Assembly (NCBI GenBank): GCA_001793155.1
Contig: MGHI01000029.1
Span: forward strand, 1-62,182
Source: Candidatus Woesebacteria bacterium RIFCSPLOWO2_01_FULL_39_61
GTDB lineage: Bacteria; Patescibacteriota; Microgenomatia; UBA8517
DNA length: 62,182 nt
Reading direction: 5' to 3'
Shown: positions 28,855-38,564 of the stretch, piece by piece
Layout of the letters: the number at the start of each line of letters is the position of its first letter
Numbering within the stretch: position 1 is the first letter of the stretch
Program-made: the position numbers and the translations under genes
The notes under the pieces: model-generated
The model's database searches: none
What the model was told of the DNA's origin: nothing
What the model saw: only the letters and a program-made list of their open reading frames with translations

Positions 28855-30156
28855 TTAATTTTGAGATTTCTTCTCAAGGGCGAATCTAACTACTTCATGC
28901 TCTGACCAAGGTGTTTCTTGGATTCCGTCTAAATTCATCGATTTTTCATGCCCTTTGCCGAATAAAGCTACCGTATCTCCGGGTTCTGCTATCCTTATAG
29001 CTTCTTTGATTGCTTTTTTACGATTAACAATTTCAATAACATCTTTAAAGTTTTTCGAAATGCCGCTTCTAATTTGATAAATAATATCAGATGGATCCTC
29101 GCTTCTCGGATCTTCGGAAGTCAGAATAATTGTATCCGAATATCTCGCGGCAATCTCCCCCATTTTCGACCTTTTTTGTGCATCTCTTTCTCCCGCGCTT
29201 CCGAAAACTGAAATTAACTTCCCTTTTTTTATACTTTTTAAGTAAATAAGAACAGCTTCAAGCGAGTCGGGTGTATGGGCAAAGTCGATATAGATTTTAA
29301 TACCCTTATTATTCTCCACTTCTTCAAGCCTGCCTTCTGGTAGTTTAAATGAATTAAGAGTCGAGATAACTTTCTGTCTATCTATACCCAACACCTGAAC
29401 AACTCGAGTTGCGGCCTCCGCATTCAGATTATTAAACTTTCCGGGAAGAACATTTATTTTTGTAGTTTTAGGACATATTACCTTCACCTCAGCTGAGTTT
29501 ATAAATGACATTTTAATCTTTTTGTATTCGGTGAAAGTTTTGTGGTAGTCGAGGTGTTCCGGCGCTATATTGGTTAAAACCCCAACTTCAAACTTAACTC
29601 CTGCAATTCTATCTTGATCGATACCATGGGAACTAACTTCAATTACCGCGTATTTAAAGTTATTATCGACCATATCTTTAAGTAATTTCTGAAGTTCAAT
29701 AGAACCCGGGGTAGTAACGTGCAATCCAGGATAAGTAATTGATGATATTAATCCCGTCCTTTTTCCAAGTGAAGTTAAAATGTGGTATATAAGATGAACT
29801 GTGGTAGTTTTTCCCTTTGTACCAGTTACGCCAACAACTTTTAATTTTGACGAGGGGTTATCAAACCATTGCGACGCCAATAAACCCAAAGCTTTTCGGG
29901 AATTACCAACCTTGACGTAGGTAGTTTTTTTCAGCCAATCTTTTTTAGGGCTTTCTTCTCCAACAACCACCTGTGCGCCTTTTTCTAAAACCTCAGGGAT
30001 AAGCTTATGGGCATTTACATTTAATCCTTTGACTGCCACGAATATGCATCCTTTTTTTACATTTCTTGAGTCGTCGGTAATTTGAGTGATATTCCTATCT
30101 TTAGGTTCGAAGAGCTTATATTCTGGAAGAGCTTCAAGAAGACTAGATAATTTCAT
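28855..30156 (-). CDS. murE: MurE ligase (compact, EDPR specificity motif)
   Basis: DDSR, GVTGTKGKTTT, EVSSHG, TNIAPEHLDYH, DFAHTPDSL, FGSAGERD, EDPR, GKGHE; start placed at MKLSSLL (30156). Confidence 0.96.
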   Translation of the reverse strand: MKLSSLLEALPEYKLFEPKDRNITQITDDSRNVKKGCIFVAVKGLNVNAHKLIPEVLEKGAQVVVGEESPKKDWLKKTTYVKVGNSRKALGLLASQWFDNPSSKLKVVGVTGTKGKTTTVHLIYHILTSLGKRTGLISSITYPGLHVTTPGSIELQKLLKDMVDNNFKYAVIEVSSHGIDQDRIAGVKFEVGVLTNIAPEHLDYHKTFTEYKKIKMSFINSAEVKVICPKTTKINVLPGKFNNLNAEAATRVVQVLGIDRQKVISTLNSFKLPEGRLEEVENNKGIKIYIDFAHTPDSLEAVLIYLKSIKKGKLISVFGSAGERDAQKRSKMGEIAARYSDTIILTSEDPRSEDPSDIIYQIRSGISKNFKDVIEIVNRKKAIKEAIRIAEPGDTVALFGKGHEKSMNLDGIQETPWSEHEVVRFALEKKSQN

Positions 30157-30186
30157 AAAAGATAGCCAAGTTTGACATGTCAAGAT

Positions 30187-31476
30187 CTAGGGAACCTCCC
30201 GTATCTTGGCTCCGAGTTTCTTTAGATTTTCGCTAAAATTCGGGTGGCCGCGGGAAAGCGTGTCGGCATTTAAAATGAGTGATTCCCCTTCGGCTATCAT
30301 TGCGGACATAACGAGTGCAACAGTCGCCCGGATAATATAGGGGGCTTCCATTGACGCTCCTTTTAATTTCCTACCCGCAAATACTATCACTCTGTGGGGA
30401 TCACTCATAATAATCTCTGCCCCCAATTTTGTAAGCTCGCTCGTCCAGAAGAGTCCGGTTTCGTACATCCAGTTGTGAAATAACATGTAACCATCAGGAG
30501 CTGCCAAAGCCAGAGGAATAAAAATAGGAAGAAGATCGACGGGCAGTGCCGGCCAAGGCTGGGCACGTACAACATTAGTCTTTTTTTCAAACGATCCAGT
30601 GAGAGTAATTTTTTGATTTTTTCTTAAAACAGCAACATCGTTTTCGTAATCTACTTTTATATTAAATTTAGAAAATTCGTAATTAATGGGTGGAAACATA
30701 TCAGGCAGTGCGTTATGAACCCTCATTTCTCCCCCGGTTAATGCGCCTAAAGCCAGAAAGGTTGTAATCTCATAATGATCGCTCAACAAAGTATGTGTTA
30801 CCGGCCGAAGACTTTTTACTCCCTCGATCTCAAGAATGTTAGATCCAACTCCTTTAATTTTCGCTCCGGCACTATTTAAGAAATTACAAACGTCCTGTAC
30901 TTGAGGTTCGGCAGCTGTACCAATAATTCTCGTTTTCCCTTTTAAAAATACAGAGATCATAATCATATTCGTTGTTACGGTTGGACTCATTTCGGTTAAC
31001 CAAATTTCTTTTGCCTCAGCTTCTGCCAAATCCATCACCACTCCTTTTTCTGTCTCCGTAATCGAAATACCCAGATCTCTGAATGCCTTATATGCTGGTT
31101 CAAAAGGTCTGATTCCAAGGGTACAACCTCCGGGAAGATCCCTAAAGTCTACCTTACCAAAGCGAGATAGTAACGCTCCCCATAAAAGAGATGTTCCTTT
31201 CATATTTCCCAAATCTTCTTCCGTCAGATTCTTAAAGGATACTTTTGAATTATCTACGACCATTCGGCTCTCCTGTAAATTCCACTCAACATTGCTGCCT
31301 AACTTTTTAAGTATCTGAGTCAAACGTACAACATCAGTGATATTGGGAACGTTTTCTAAAACCACCTCTCCGTCAAAAAGAAGAGTTGCGGGTATTATAT
31401 GAACTGCAGAATTTTTACTGCCCGAAGGATAAACTTCACCGGATAAGACTTGGCCACCCTTTACCTTGACATTCAT
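30187..31476 (-). CDS. murA: UDP-GlcNAc 1-carboxyvinyltransferase MurA
   Basis: SGSKNS, NVPNITDV, LPGGCTLGIRP (catalytic Cys loop), AAEPQV, IRA, RGH; start placed at MNVKVKGG (31476). Confidence 0.96.
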   Translation of the reverse strand: MNVKVKGGQVLSGEVYPSGSKNSAVHIIPATLLFDGEVVLENVPNITDVVRLTQILKKLGSNVEWNLQESRMVVDNSKVSFKNLTEEDLGNMKGTSLLWGALLSRFGKVDFRDLPGGCTLGIRPFEPAYKAFRDLGISITETEKGVVMDLAEAEAKEIWLTEMSPTVTTNMIMISVFLKGKTRIIGTAAEPQVQDVCNFLNSAGAKIKGVGSNILEIEGVKSLRPVTHTLLSDHYEITTFLALGALTGGEMRVHNALPDMFPPINYEFSKFNIKVDYENDVAVLRKNQKITLTGSFEKKTNVVRAQPWPALPVDLLPIFIPLALAAPDGYMLFHNWMYETGLFWTSELTKLGAEIIMSDPHRVIVFAGRKLKGASMEAPYIIRATVALVMSAMIAEGESLILNADTLSRGHPNFSENLKKLGAKIREVP

Positions 31477-31495
31477 AAAGTTGAACTCAATTATA

Positions 31496-33205
31496 CTAGT
31501 TTTCCGGCTGAATTCCAAAATAAGTGAATAGGTCACCGGCAATTGAGTACCATAGGGGAGCGGCCGTCTCTGATGCCCAAGGTGAGGTCGAAGGCTCCTG
31601 CAAGGTTACCAACATTACAAACTTCGGATCATTATAAGGCGCAAATCCAATAAATGACGCATTTGTTTTTTCTTCATCATAATGACCGGCAATTGGAATC
31701 TGAGCCGTTCCCGTTTTTCCGGCGACCCTGAATCCTTTTTTATAGGTCCATTTTGATTCACCTCTGGAAGCAGCTTCCGCCATCATAAGAGTTACTTCGT
31801 TCGCAGCTTTTTCGGAGATTACCCTCTCCGCAGAATCGTTGTTGATAACGTCCTCCCAGCCGTCTCCTACAATTTTTTCTACGACTTGAGGTCTTCTGAT
31901 TACTCCACCGTTAGCAATTGCCGCTACCGCCCGTATCATCTGAATTGGAGTAACAGCTATACCCTGACCAAAACTGGCTGTGGCCACATCGACAATACTC
32001 CACGAGTCCTTTTCTCTTAACTTTGGACTAATCTCTCCCTGGAGATCAATTCCGGTAGGTTCACCAATTTTGAATTTCGTTAAATATTCGAACATCATCT
32101 GTGGCCCTAGCTTTTCGCCTACAAACGTCATACCCACGTTATCGGAGTTGACAATTACATCAACCATCGTCGAATTCGGGTGATACTGATTGTTCCAAGT
32201 CTCTATCGAATATTTATCTATCCTGTAAGGTCCCGAGCAAACGTCGCATATCGTTTCCGGTTTGATAACGCCTGCATCTATTCCAGCCGCCATAATTAAA
32301 ACTTTAAATATCGAACCCGGTTCAAAAGAGGAAAAAATAGCAGGATTATTAAAAAAAGTATCTCCGTATTCCCAATAGCGGGAAGGATCATAGGAAGGAA
32401 TTGAGCTCATTCCGAGTATGCTCCCCTGTTTAGGATCCATAACAATTACAGTCCCACTGACTGCTCCATACTGTTCAATTCCCTTTTTTAATTTTTTTTC
32501 TATGGAAAACTGAACGGACTTATCAATATGCGTCGATAAATTAACCCCTTTTATGGCGGAGACCTCCCTTGAACTTCCTAAGATAATGGGTATTCCGCTT
32601 GCGTCGGCATCACGAGAAATAAATCCGGGTTTACCGGAAAGCGGTAGGTCATAAAATCCTTCTATTCCAAAATATCCTTTATCATTACCCTCATCATCTT
32701 TTCCAACAAAACCCAAAATCTGTGCCGAAGAAGATCCCTCGGGATATATGCGTGATTCAACGGGCTCGAATCCTATTCCCTCTATTTTTAGCTCGTCAAT
32801 TTTATTCTTTATGTCGTCTGAGATTCTGGATTTTAAGGATATCCATACAATATCTTTTTTCTGCAAAAGCGAAGTAATTCTGTCTATTTCCTCCAAAATG
32901 TCTTTTCGGTCTTCACTTTCGATTAGTATGGGCGCTAATTTCTCAGCTATCTTTTTGGGGTCGTTTTTTAAATTAGGGATGGAGGCGTATATTAACCAGG
33001 ACTGTCCGCTTGCCACCAACCAACTGCCGTCGGAAGCCAGTATCTCTCCTCTTTGTGCGCTTAGACTTCTACCCTGTTTATATTGAGTTCTTGCTTCTGC
33101 GGAAAGGTTACTACCGTTATAGATTTGCCAATAAAAAAGCCTTATTAGAAGAACAATAAAAAAAACTATAAACAGCAGTGTGTAGACTCTTAGTCGAGTA
33201 ATCAT
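31496..33205 (-). CDS. ftsI: Class B penicillin-binding protein (FtsI/PBP2-type)
   Basis: N-terminal TM, RGEI, RIYPEG, EPGSIFK (SxxK), SDNVG (SxN), KTGTAQ. Confidence 0.95.
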   Translation of the reverse strand: MITRLRVYTLLFIVFFIVLLIRLFYWQIYNGSNLSAEARTQYKQGRSLSAQRGEILASDGSWLVASGQSWLIYASIPNLKNDPKKIAEKLAPILIESEDRKDILEEIDRITSLLQKKDIVWISLKSRISDDIKNKIDELKIEGIGFEPVESRIYPEGSSSAQILGFVGKDDEGNDKGYFGIEGFYDLPLSGKPGFISRDADASGIPIILGSSREVSAIKGVNLSTHIDKSVQFSIEKKLKKGIEQYGAVSGTVIVMDPKQGSILGMSSIPSYDPSRYWEYGDTFFNNPAIFSSFEPGSIFKVLIMAAGIDAGVIKPETICDVCSGPYRIDKYSIETWNNQYHPNSTMVDVIVNSDNVGMTFVGEKLGPQMMFEYLTKFKIGEPTGIDLQGEISPKLREKDSWSIVDVATASFGQGIAVTPIQMIRAVAAIANGGVIRRPQVVEKIVGDGWEDVINNDSAERVISEKAANEVTLMMAEAASRGESKWTYKKGFRVAGKTGTAQIPIAGHYDEEKTNASFIGFAPYNDPKFVMLVTLQEPSTSPWASETAAPLWYSIAGDLFTYFGIQPEN

Positions 33206-33213
33206 CTTTCATT

Positions 33214-33537
33214 TCAGGGTGCTTTGGCGACAAATTCATCGCTACTGATATAAACAGTTTTTTGGTTAGGAAAGTATCCTAAACTTTCAGCACGTTCTTC
33301 AAGTTTAAATAGCGAGGTAGCACCGATAAGTTCATCTTTCAATTTTTGGTTTTTTTCGGAAATTTCAAGAGTATTCTTCTCTAGCGTTGAAAGTTTGCTG
33401 CCCAGCTCTGATGTATGAATAGTAAAATAAATCTGGCTAAGTACAAATATAACTATAGAAATCCACACAAACCCGCTCTTTTTTAAGGGATTTATCCTTT
33501 TTTCTTTTTTAGGTATAGATTTTCTTATTCTATTCAT
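33214..33537 (-). CDS. ftsL: FtsL-like small bitopic coiled-coil protein
   Basis: Basic N-terminus, one TM, heptad coiled coil, EERAESLG; lies between rsmH and ftsI. Confidence 0.7.
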   Translation of the reverse strand: MNRIRKSIPKKEKRINPLKKSGFVWISIVIFVLSQIYFTIHTSELGSKLSTLEKNTLEISEKNQKLKDELIGATSLFKLEERAESLGYFPNQKTVYISSDEFVAKAP

Positions 33538-34514
33538 ATTTTCTCCAAGACTCTCATTTTGGCGCTTCTTGATTTAGGATTCCTATGTATTTCAGTATCT
33601 TTCGGAATAATCGGTTTTTGGGTTAAAATTTTGGCTTGCCCGTCACTTTCTTTTTCCAGATAAAATTTTTTGACGATTACGTCCTCTTTTGAATGGAAAC
33701 TTATAACAACCAGCCTGCCTTTTGGCTTTAATAGGCTAAAAGCCCGTGGTAAAGATTCTTTCAGGTTAACAAGTTCGGAATTGACTGCGATTCTAAGTGC
33801 CAAAAAAGGCAGCGTCGCGATATTTATTTTTTCCTTACCGTGAACAGTTTTTACGATTACACCTATAAAATCGCCGACGGTTTTAAACGGTGTCTGCCTT
33901 CGCCTATCAATTATTTCACCCGCTAGCTTACGTGAGATATATTTAGGTAAAGTAATCTCAAAGAGTTCCTGCAATTGCCTTTTATTTAGACTGTTGAGTA
34001 AATCAAAACCGGTTACACCTTGAACTTTCGGATTGAAGCGCATATCCAAAGTTGCCGCTTTATTTTGAAAAGAGAAACCGCGTGTGGATGAGGAAAGTTG
34101 TGGGGTAGAAATTCCCAGATCAAAAAGGATTCCATCGACGTTTGTAAATCCATAAGATCTGGCAATTTCGTCAATATGGATAAAGTTACCGATAACTAAG
34201 GTAAAAAACTCCTTACTATCTTGGTAAGGAGTAGGGCAGGCTTCCAGTCCGGTTAGGCTTTTCGCCCGAAGGACTTCCTTAAGTTTACTTTCTGCAATCT
34301 TTATCGCATTCTCGTCGACATCTATCCCCAGCACTTTTCCCCCTCTTTTTATTATTTCGACCGAATGACCCCCGAGTCCCAATGTCGCATCAATATATCT
34401 GGGTTTATCAACTGAGTCGTCTTTGTTTAAATGTGCGGGCAAACCGAGTGCTTTAATAACCTCTTCGGAAAGCACCGATTCATGAACTTGCCGATCGTTG
34501 TCCAAATTTACCAT
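33534..34514 (-). CDS. rsmH: 16S rRNA m4C1402 methyltransferase RsmH
   Basis: HESVL, DATLGLGGH, DLGIST, RGFSF, LDMR, ALRIAVNSEL, ISFHSKED, NPKSRSAKMR. Confidence 0.97.
   Translation of the reverse strand: MVNLDNDRQVHESVLSEEVIKALGLPAHLNKDDSVDKPRYIDATLGLGGHSVEIIKRGGKVLGIDVDENAIKIAESKLKEVLRAKSLTGLEACPTPYQDSKEFFTLVIGNFIHIDEIARSYGFTNVDGILFDLGISTPQLSSSTRGFSFQNKAATLDMRFNPKVQGVTGFDLLNSLNKRQLQELFEITLPKYISRKLAGEIIDRRRQTPFKTVGDFIGVIVKTVHGKEKINIATLPFLALRIAVNSELVNLKESLPRAFSLLKPKGRLVVISFHSKEDVIVKKFYLEKESDGQAKILTQKPIIPKDTEIHRNPKSRSAKMRVLEKI
34208..34273. repeat. Palindromic element read in frame within rsmH
   Basis: ACTCCTTAC-TATCTTG-GTAAGGAGT (9-bp stem, 34208-34232) plus TTCGCCCGAAGG; encodes part of the extra LRAKSLTGLEACPTPYQDSKE segment. 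Confidence 0.65.
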
Positions 34515-34620
34515 TTTTGTTTTCAGCCCTGATATTTTGTGAACTATTTAAAAATTCAAATACCGCATTTAAACTTTTTTTTACTTTCATTTTGTAATAC
34601 TTGATCATGTTTCAAATTAA

Positions 34621-35055
34621 TTATCTTTTAGCTTCCGCTAATCTTTCTATAAATTCTTTAGACGTTCCGCTGATTACTTTTGCTTTTTCGTCCCAAATCT
34701 CCTTAGCCCAAATTTCAATCCGGTCGCCAAGTCCCAAAAATATTAGGTCCTTTTTAAAAACTGCATACTGGGACAATATTTCCGGAATTATAATTCGTCC
34801 TTGACTGTCAGGTTTAATTTCGAAGGCTGAACCCAAAATAAAACGTTCAATGTCTCTTACTCCGAAACTGATCACCTTTGAACCTCCGGTCAACCTTTCT
34901 AAAAGTTTTTGCCAATAATTTTGATTGACCAGAACCAAACAATTCTCGTACCACTTCGCAATAATTAATTCGATTCCAATTTCGTCTAAAAATTTCTTAG
35001 GAATTGCAGTTCTTCTTTTTTCACCTAATAAACCCAAATATGAACCTATAAGCAT
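34621..35055 (-). CDS. mraZ: Transcriptional regulator MraZ
   Basis: RTAIPKKF, DSQGRIIIP, LGLGDRIEIW; first gene of the dcw cluster. Confidence 0.96.
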   Translation of the reverse strand: MLIGSYLGLLGEKRRTAIPKKFLDEIGIELIIAKWYENCLVLVNQNYWQKLLERLTGGSKVISFGVRDIERFILGSAFEIKPDSQGRIIIPEILSQYAVFKKDLIFLGLGDRIEIWAKEIWDEKAKVISGTSKEFIERLAEAKR

Positions 35056-35100
35056 CGGATCAATTCTGGGCAGATTTTAAAATGCGTTGATATAGTGTAC

Positions 35101-35130
35101 ACCACTATTCACCACTAATAACCATTTTTA
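35101..35130 (-). promoter_or_regulatory. MraZ-binding direct repeats
   Basis: Three repeats at exact 10-bp period: ACCACTATTC / ACCACTAATA / ACCATTTTTA (minus strand (G/A)TGGT cores); TTGACA on the minus strand at 35152-35147. Confidence 0.8.
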
Positions 35131-35228
35131 TACATTTTCACACCCGTGTCAATATGTACTCTGGGATATAGCTACCACCATAGATTGAGCCGAAGAAACT
35201 ACGAAAAGGGGATATTATTAAATATTAT

Positions 35229-35987
35229 TTATTTCGAAGATCCGTAAAAGATTCCGGTATCGGTATCAAATATCGATCCGTCGTTAAACTCTTCCCATAA
35301 AGAACCGGTAATATGCATGAAGATTTTACTTCCACCCATGCTTACTTTTCCCGAAAGTTTTTTTATGTCTATCGACGAAAAGAGACCATAAGGTCCTTTG
35401 CTTATTGTTGTCGGAGTCGAATCGGGAATGCCCCAAGTTTCCATCACAACAAAATACTCTTTCTTGGGAGTTTTATCTAAAGATATAGTGAACTCTCCGT
35501 CGGGTATAGAAATCAAATCTTTACTCGAAGACAAACTGAAACCGGTAGAAAATTTTCCCAGGAGTTTACCCTGATCATTTCTAAAAGTGAGAGTTAACGT
35601 TCCTTTTTCCACTCCTTCATCGTACCTGAATTTTCCCGAGGACTCGGTTCCCAAAAGTAAATCCGTTATAAAATCGTCTTTTCCTTTAATATCTACCGTA
35701 GGAGCGCTGCCTTGGGGTTGATCCTGTCCGGGAACCACGTATAGAAATTCGTAAGTTAGCGACGAAGCCTTAAGAGCTGTTAGTTTGATAATTTTAAGAT
35801 CCAGGTAATGACCGTCTGATCTGGGAGTTAAGGAAACAACAGGACGCGCCTCCAGTGGTACCTCAACCACTTCATCATCGACCCCATCTGACGCTTGCTT
35901 TGTAGCGGCTTTACGTACGAAAACGAAAGCACCAATTGTTATTAATAATCCTACAAAAAGTAATATAAAAGGCAGATATTTTTTCAT
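35229..35987 (-). CDS. Hypothetical membrane-anchored protein
   Basis: 252-aa ORF with one N-terminal TM; no recognised family motif. Confidence 0.8.
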   Translation of the reverse strand: MKKYLPFILLFVGLLITIGAFVFVRKAATKQASDGVDDEVVEVPLEARPVVSLTPRSDGHYLDLKIIKLTALKASSLTYEFLYVVPGQDQPQGSAPTVDIKGKDDFITDLLLGTESSGKFRYDEGVEKGTLTLTFRNDQGKLLGKFSTGFSLSSSKDLISIPDGEFTISLDKTPKKEYFVVMETWGIPDSTPTTISKGPYGLFSSIDIKKLSGKVSMGGSKIFMHITGSLWEEFNDGSIFDTDTGIFYGSSK

Positions 35988-36010
35988 TCCTCGTCGTCCC
36001 TCCTCGGGAC
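35985..36010 (-). repeat. Fragment of a REP-like palindromic element abutting a start codon
   Basis: Minus strand GTCCCGAGGAGGGACGACGAGGAATG: GTCCC/GGGAC hairpin, GC-rich in an AT-rich spacer. Confidence 0.55.
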
Positions 36011-36019
36011 AAGTTATTG

Positions 36020-37303
36020 TTAGTCCTTAAGTCTATTCTGAAAATATTGCTCAAGTTTGTCAACAGGATGCCTGACCTGGCTTGCCGAATCTCTATCTCT
36101 TATTGTTACAGTACTATCCTCTAAAGTCTGGAAATCGATAGTTACACACCAGGGGGTTCCGATCTCGTCCTGGGCAAAATATCTTTTTCCGATATTTCCC
36201 CGGGAATCCCAGGCTGTGTGGAAGTTTTTGGAAAGGGTTTGATAAATTTCTTTTGCTTTGGCGACTAATTCTTCCTTATTAGCCAAAAGCGGAAATACAG
36301 CCACTTTATAAGGTGCAAGTTTGGGATTAAGTTTCAAAATTACTCTATCACCGTCTTCATAATAGGAATCAAGTAGGAAAAATAATGTTGCCCGGTCAAC
36401 CCCGCCTGATGTTTCAATAACCCAGGGCGTATATTCTTCTCCCGAATCAGGGTCTTTATAAGTAAGATTATGTCTTCCCAAATCCCAATCACCCCTGTGG
36501 TGAATTCCCTCTAATTCACTCCAACCAAAGGGAGCCTTATACTGTATGTCCGTTGCGTATCTCGCATAGTGAACAAGATGATCTTTATCGTGATCTTGAA
36601 AGCGTAAATTCTCATCTTTAATTCCCAGTTTTACATACCAATTCAGTCTTTCTTCTTTCCAATATTCAAATAGCCTTTTTGATTCCTTTTCATCAGGTTT
36701 TATAAAAAATTCCAATTCCATCTGCTCAAATTCCCTACTTCTGAAAGTAAAGTTCCCTGGAGTAATCTCGTTCCTAAAAGCTTTACCGACTTGTGCTATA
36801 CCAAAAGGAATTTTTATACGTGTTGAGTCAATAACATTTTGAAAATTAACAAACACTCCCTGAGTTATCTCTCCACGTAGGTAGGCTTTTTGCTTGGGTT
36901 CTGTTACACCCAAATATACCTCCGTAAGTAAATTAAACTTTTTGGCCTCTGTCCAAGTTGATTTGCCTCCATGTTCTTTCTCATGAGCTTTAACCAAATT
37001 CTCGTCATCCGCCTTAATACGCTTATGACATACTCGACACTCTATTAAAGGATCGGAAAATCCTTCCGTATGGCCTGATGCAACCCAAACCTGAGGATTC
37101 ATAATTATTGCGGCATCAATTCCGACAACATCGTCTCTATCGTAAACCATGTCCTTCCACCACTGACGTTTGATATTATTTTTCAGCTCAACCCCCAATG
37201 GCCCGTAATCCCAAAATCCCGTAAGTCCGCCATAAATTTCACTTCCCGAATAAATAAATCCCCGTCTTTTGGCTAAAGAAGTAATGTCTGCCATCAAGTC
37301 CAT
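36020..37303 (-). CDS. glyQS: Glycine-tRNA ligase, homodimeric (alpha2) type
   Basis: EIYGGL, YGPLGVELK, YLRGE, FRNEITP, FRSREFEQMELE, IETSGGVDR, GNIGKRY. Confidence 0.97.
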   Translation of the reverse strand: MDLMADITSLAKRRGFIYSGSEIYGGLTGFWDYGPLGVELKNNIKRQWWKDMVYDRDDVVGIDAAIIMNPQVWVASGHTEGFSDPLIECRVCHKRIKADDENLVKAHEKEHGGKSTWTEAKKFNLLTEVYLGVTEPKQKAYLRGEITQGVFVNFQNVIDSTRIKIPFGIAQVGKAFRNEITPGNFTFRSREFEQMELEFFIKPDEKESKRLFEYWKEERLNWYVKLGIKDENLRFQDHDKDHLVHYARYATDIQYKAPFGWSELEGIHHRGDWDLGRHNLTYKDPDSGEEYTPWVIETSGGVDRATLFFLLDSYYEDGDRVILKLNPKLAPYKVAVFPLLANKEELVAKAKEIYQTLSKNFHTAWDSRGNIGKRYFAQDEIGTPWCVTIDFQTLEDSTVTIRDRDSASQVRHPVDKLEQYFQNRLKD

Positions 37304-37391
37304 ACTTCGAATTTTATCTCAAGATTTGGAAGATTCCAAGAAGAAAGATAAATCTCACCTTAAATGTAGCTGGTCTTGTAACTCTTGCAAT

Positions 37392-38522
37392 TCATTCCCC
37401 GCTCTCTAATTTTAAAGTCTTGATATCGGGTAGAGCGTTGCCCATTACTCCTTGCAATTCTCCAAACATTCTCGAGGTATTTAATTGTATCCTTTTAATT
37501 TGCGTCTCTCTTTTCTTCCAAATTCTCTCCATAGATCTTCTTTCTGTTAGTAAATCCCCCTCCATTGCGACAATTCCGTCTGCAAAGGCCTCGAATCGAT
37601 GTCTGAAAGCGTCGCTTTGAATATATTCATACAGAAGTTCCAATTTTTCGTCTTTATTAACTGAGGTTGATTTTGCTTGTGCTATAAGCATTAGATTGCG
37701 TCTTAATATTGCAGCGAGTGAAAGGCAATAAGATAAAGATGTAACGACTACACCATTCATTACTTTAAAATGCTCGATATCATTTGGTAAATTCTCACAA
37801 ACCAGAACTGTCATTGTGGCGTCATTTTTCCTACCATCTTCCTTTAATTTTGGAATCCAGGAGGTAGTCCATTTGGCTCTTTTTGTTTCCCACAAAATTA
37901 CTCCTGCAACTTTACCAGTTTGATTTCTGACGATTTGCAGAATGTCCGCTCCTTGGACGCCTTTCCCAATCGGGTTTATTTCGTCATACACAAAACTATT
38001 TTTCAACTTTTCTTCCAAATCCAGTTCCAACACCTCACCCTGAAGCTGCTGTGAACCTTGCTTTGCCTTTGATTGTGCATCACTCAAGGCTTTTTGTGTA
38101 TCCTCCAGCTTCTTCTTCATTTCAGCAATATCCAAACTTGCCTTTTCTCTTTCTATTTTTGCTGCATCCTCGCGAATTTCTTCTTCCTCGCTTGCTAACT
38201 TTCGCTTCATTTCCAAATCCCTTTCCTCATCCTTTCGTCTCAATTTTCTGATTTCATCGTTTAAGTTTTCCAGCTGATTCAAGAGTTTGTTACTTCTTTG
38301 CCTTTCTTCGTCAGCTTCCTTTTTGGCATTATTTAAATCATGCAAATATTTCTCGTTAATTTTTTTGAGAGCATTTTCTTCAGCATTCTTAATGGCGTCT
38401 TGCAGCTGTCTTTTATGGTCATCTTTTAAAGATTCAAGGACCTGCTCTTCGATCTGATGAGTTAAGGCTTCAGATACTTCAATTTGCTCTCCACAGTGCG
38501 GGCATTTAAACTTAGTTGTCAT
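37392..38522 (-). CDS. DUF2130-like coiled-coil protein
   Basis: N-terminal CPHCG, long coiled coil, QGSQQLQGEVLELDLE, GADILQ, ILWETKR, WKKRETQI. Confidence 0.8.
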   Translation of the reverse strand: MTTKFKCPHCGEQIEVSEALTHQIEEQVLESLKDDHKRQLQDAIKNAEENALKKINEKYLHDLNNAKKEADEERQRSNKLLNQLENLNDEIRKLRRKDEERDLEMKRKLASEEEEIREDAAKIEREKASLDIAEMKKKLEDTQKALSDAQSKAKQGSQQLQGEVLELDLEEKLKNSFVYDEINPIGKGVQGADILQIVRNQTGKVAGVILWETKRAKWTTSWIPKLKEDGRKNDATMTVLVCENLPNDIEHFKVMNGVVVTSLSYCLSLAAILRRNLMLIAQAKSTSVNKDEKLELLYEYIQSDAFRHRFEAFADGIVAMEGDLLTERRSMERIWKKRETQIKRIQLNTSRMFGELQGVMGNALPDIKTLKLESGE

Positions 38523-38564
38523 ATAATAGACTTGATATTAACATCTTACTTGCATAAATTTCTC

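Noticed and set aside
35101-35130. Short direct repeats as a possible CRISPR or iteron array
   Set aside because: 10-bp period with no spacers, no cas or rep genes, and the position upstream of mraZ explains them.
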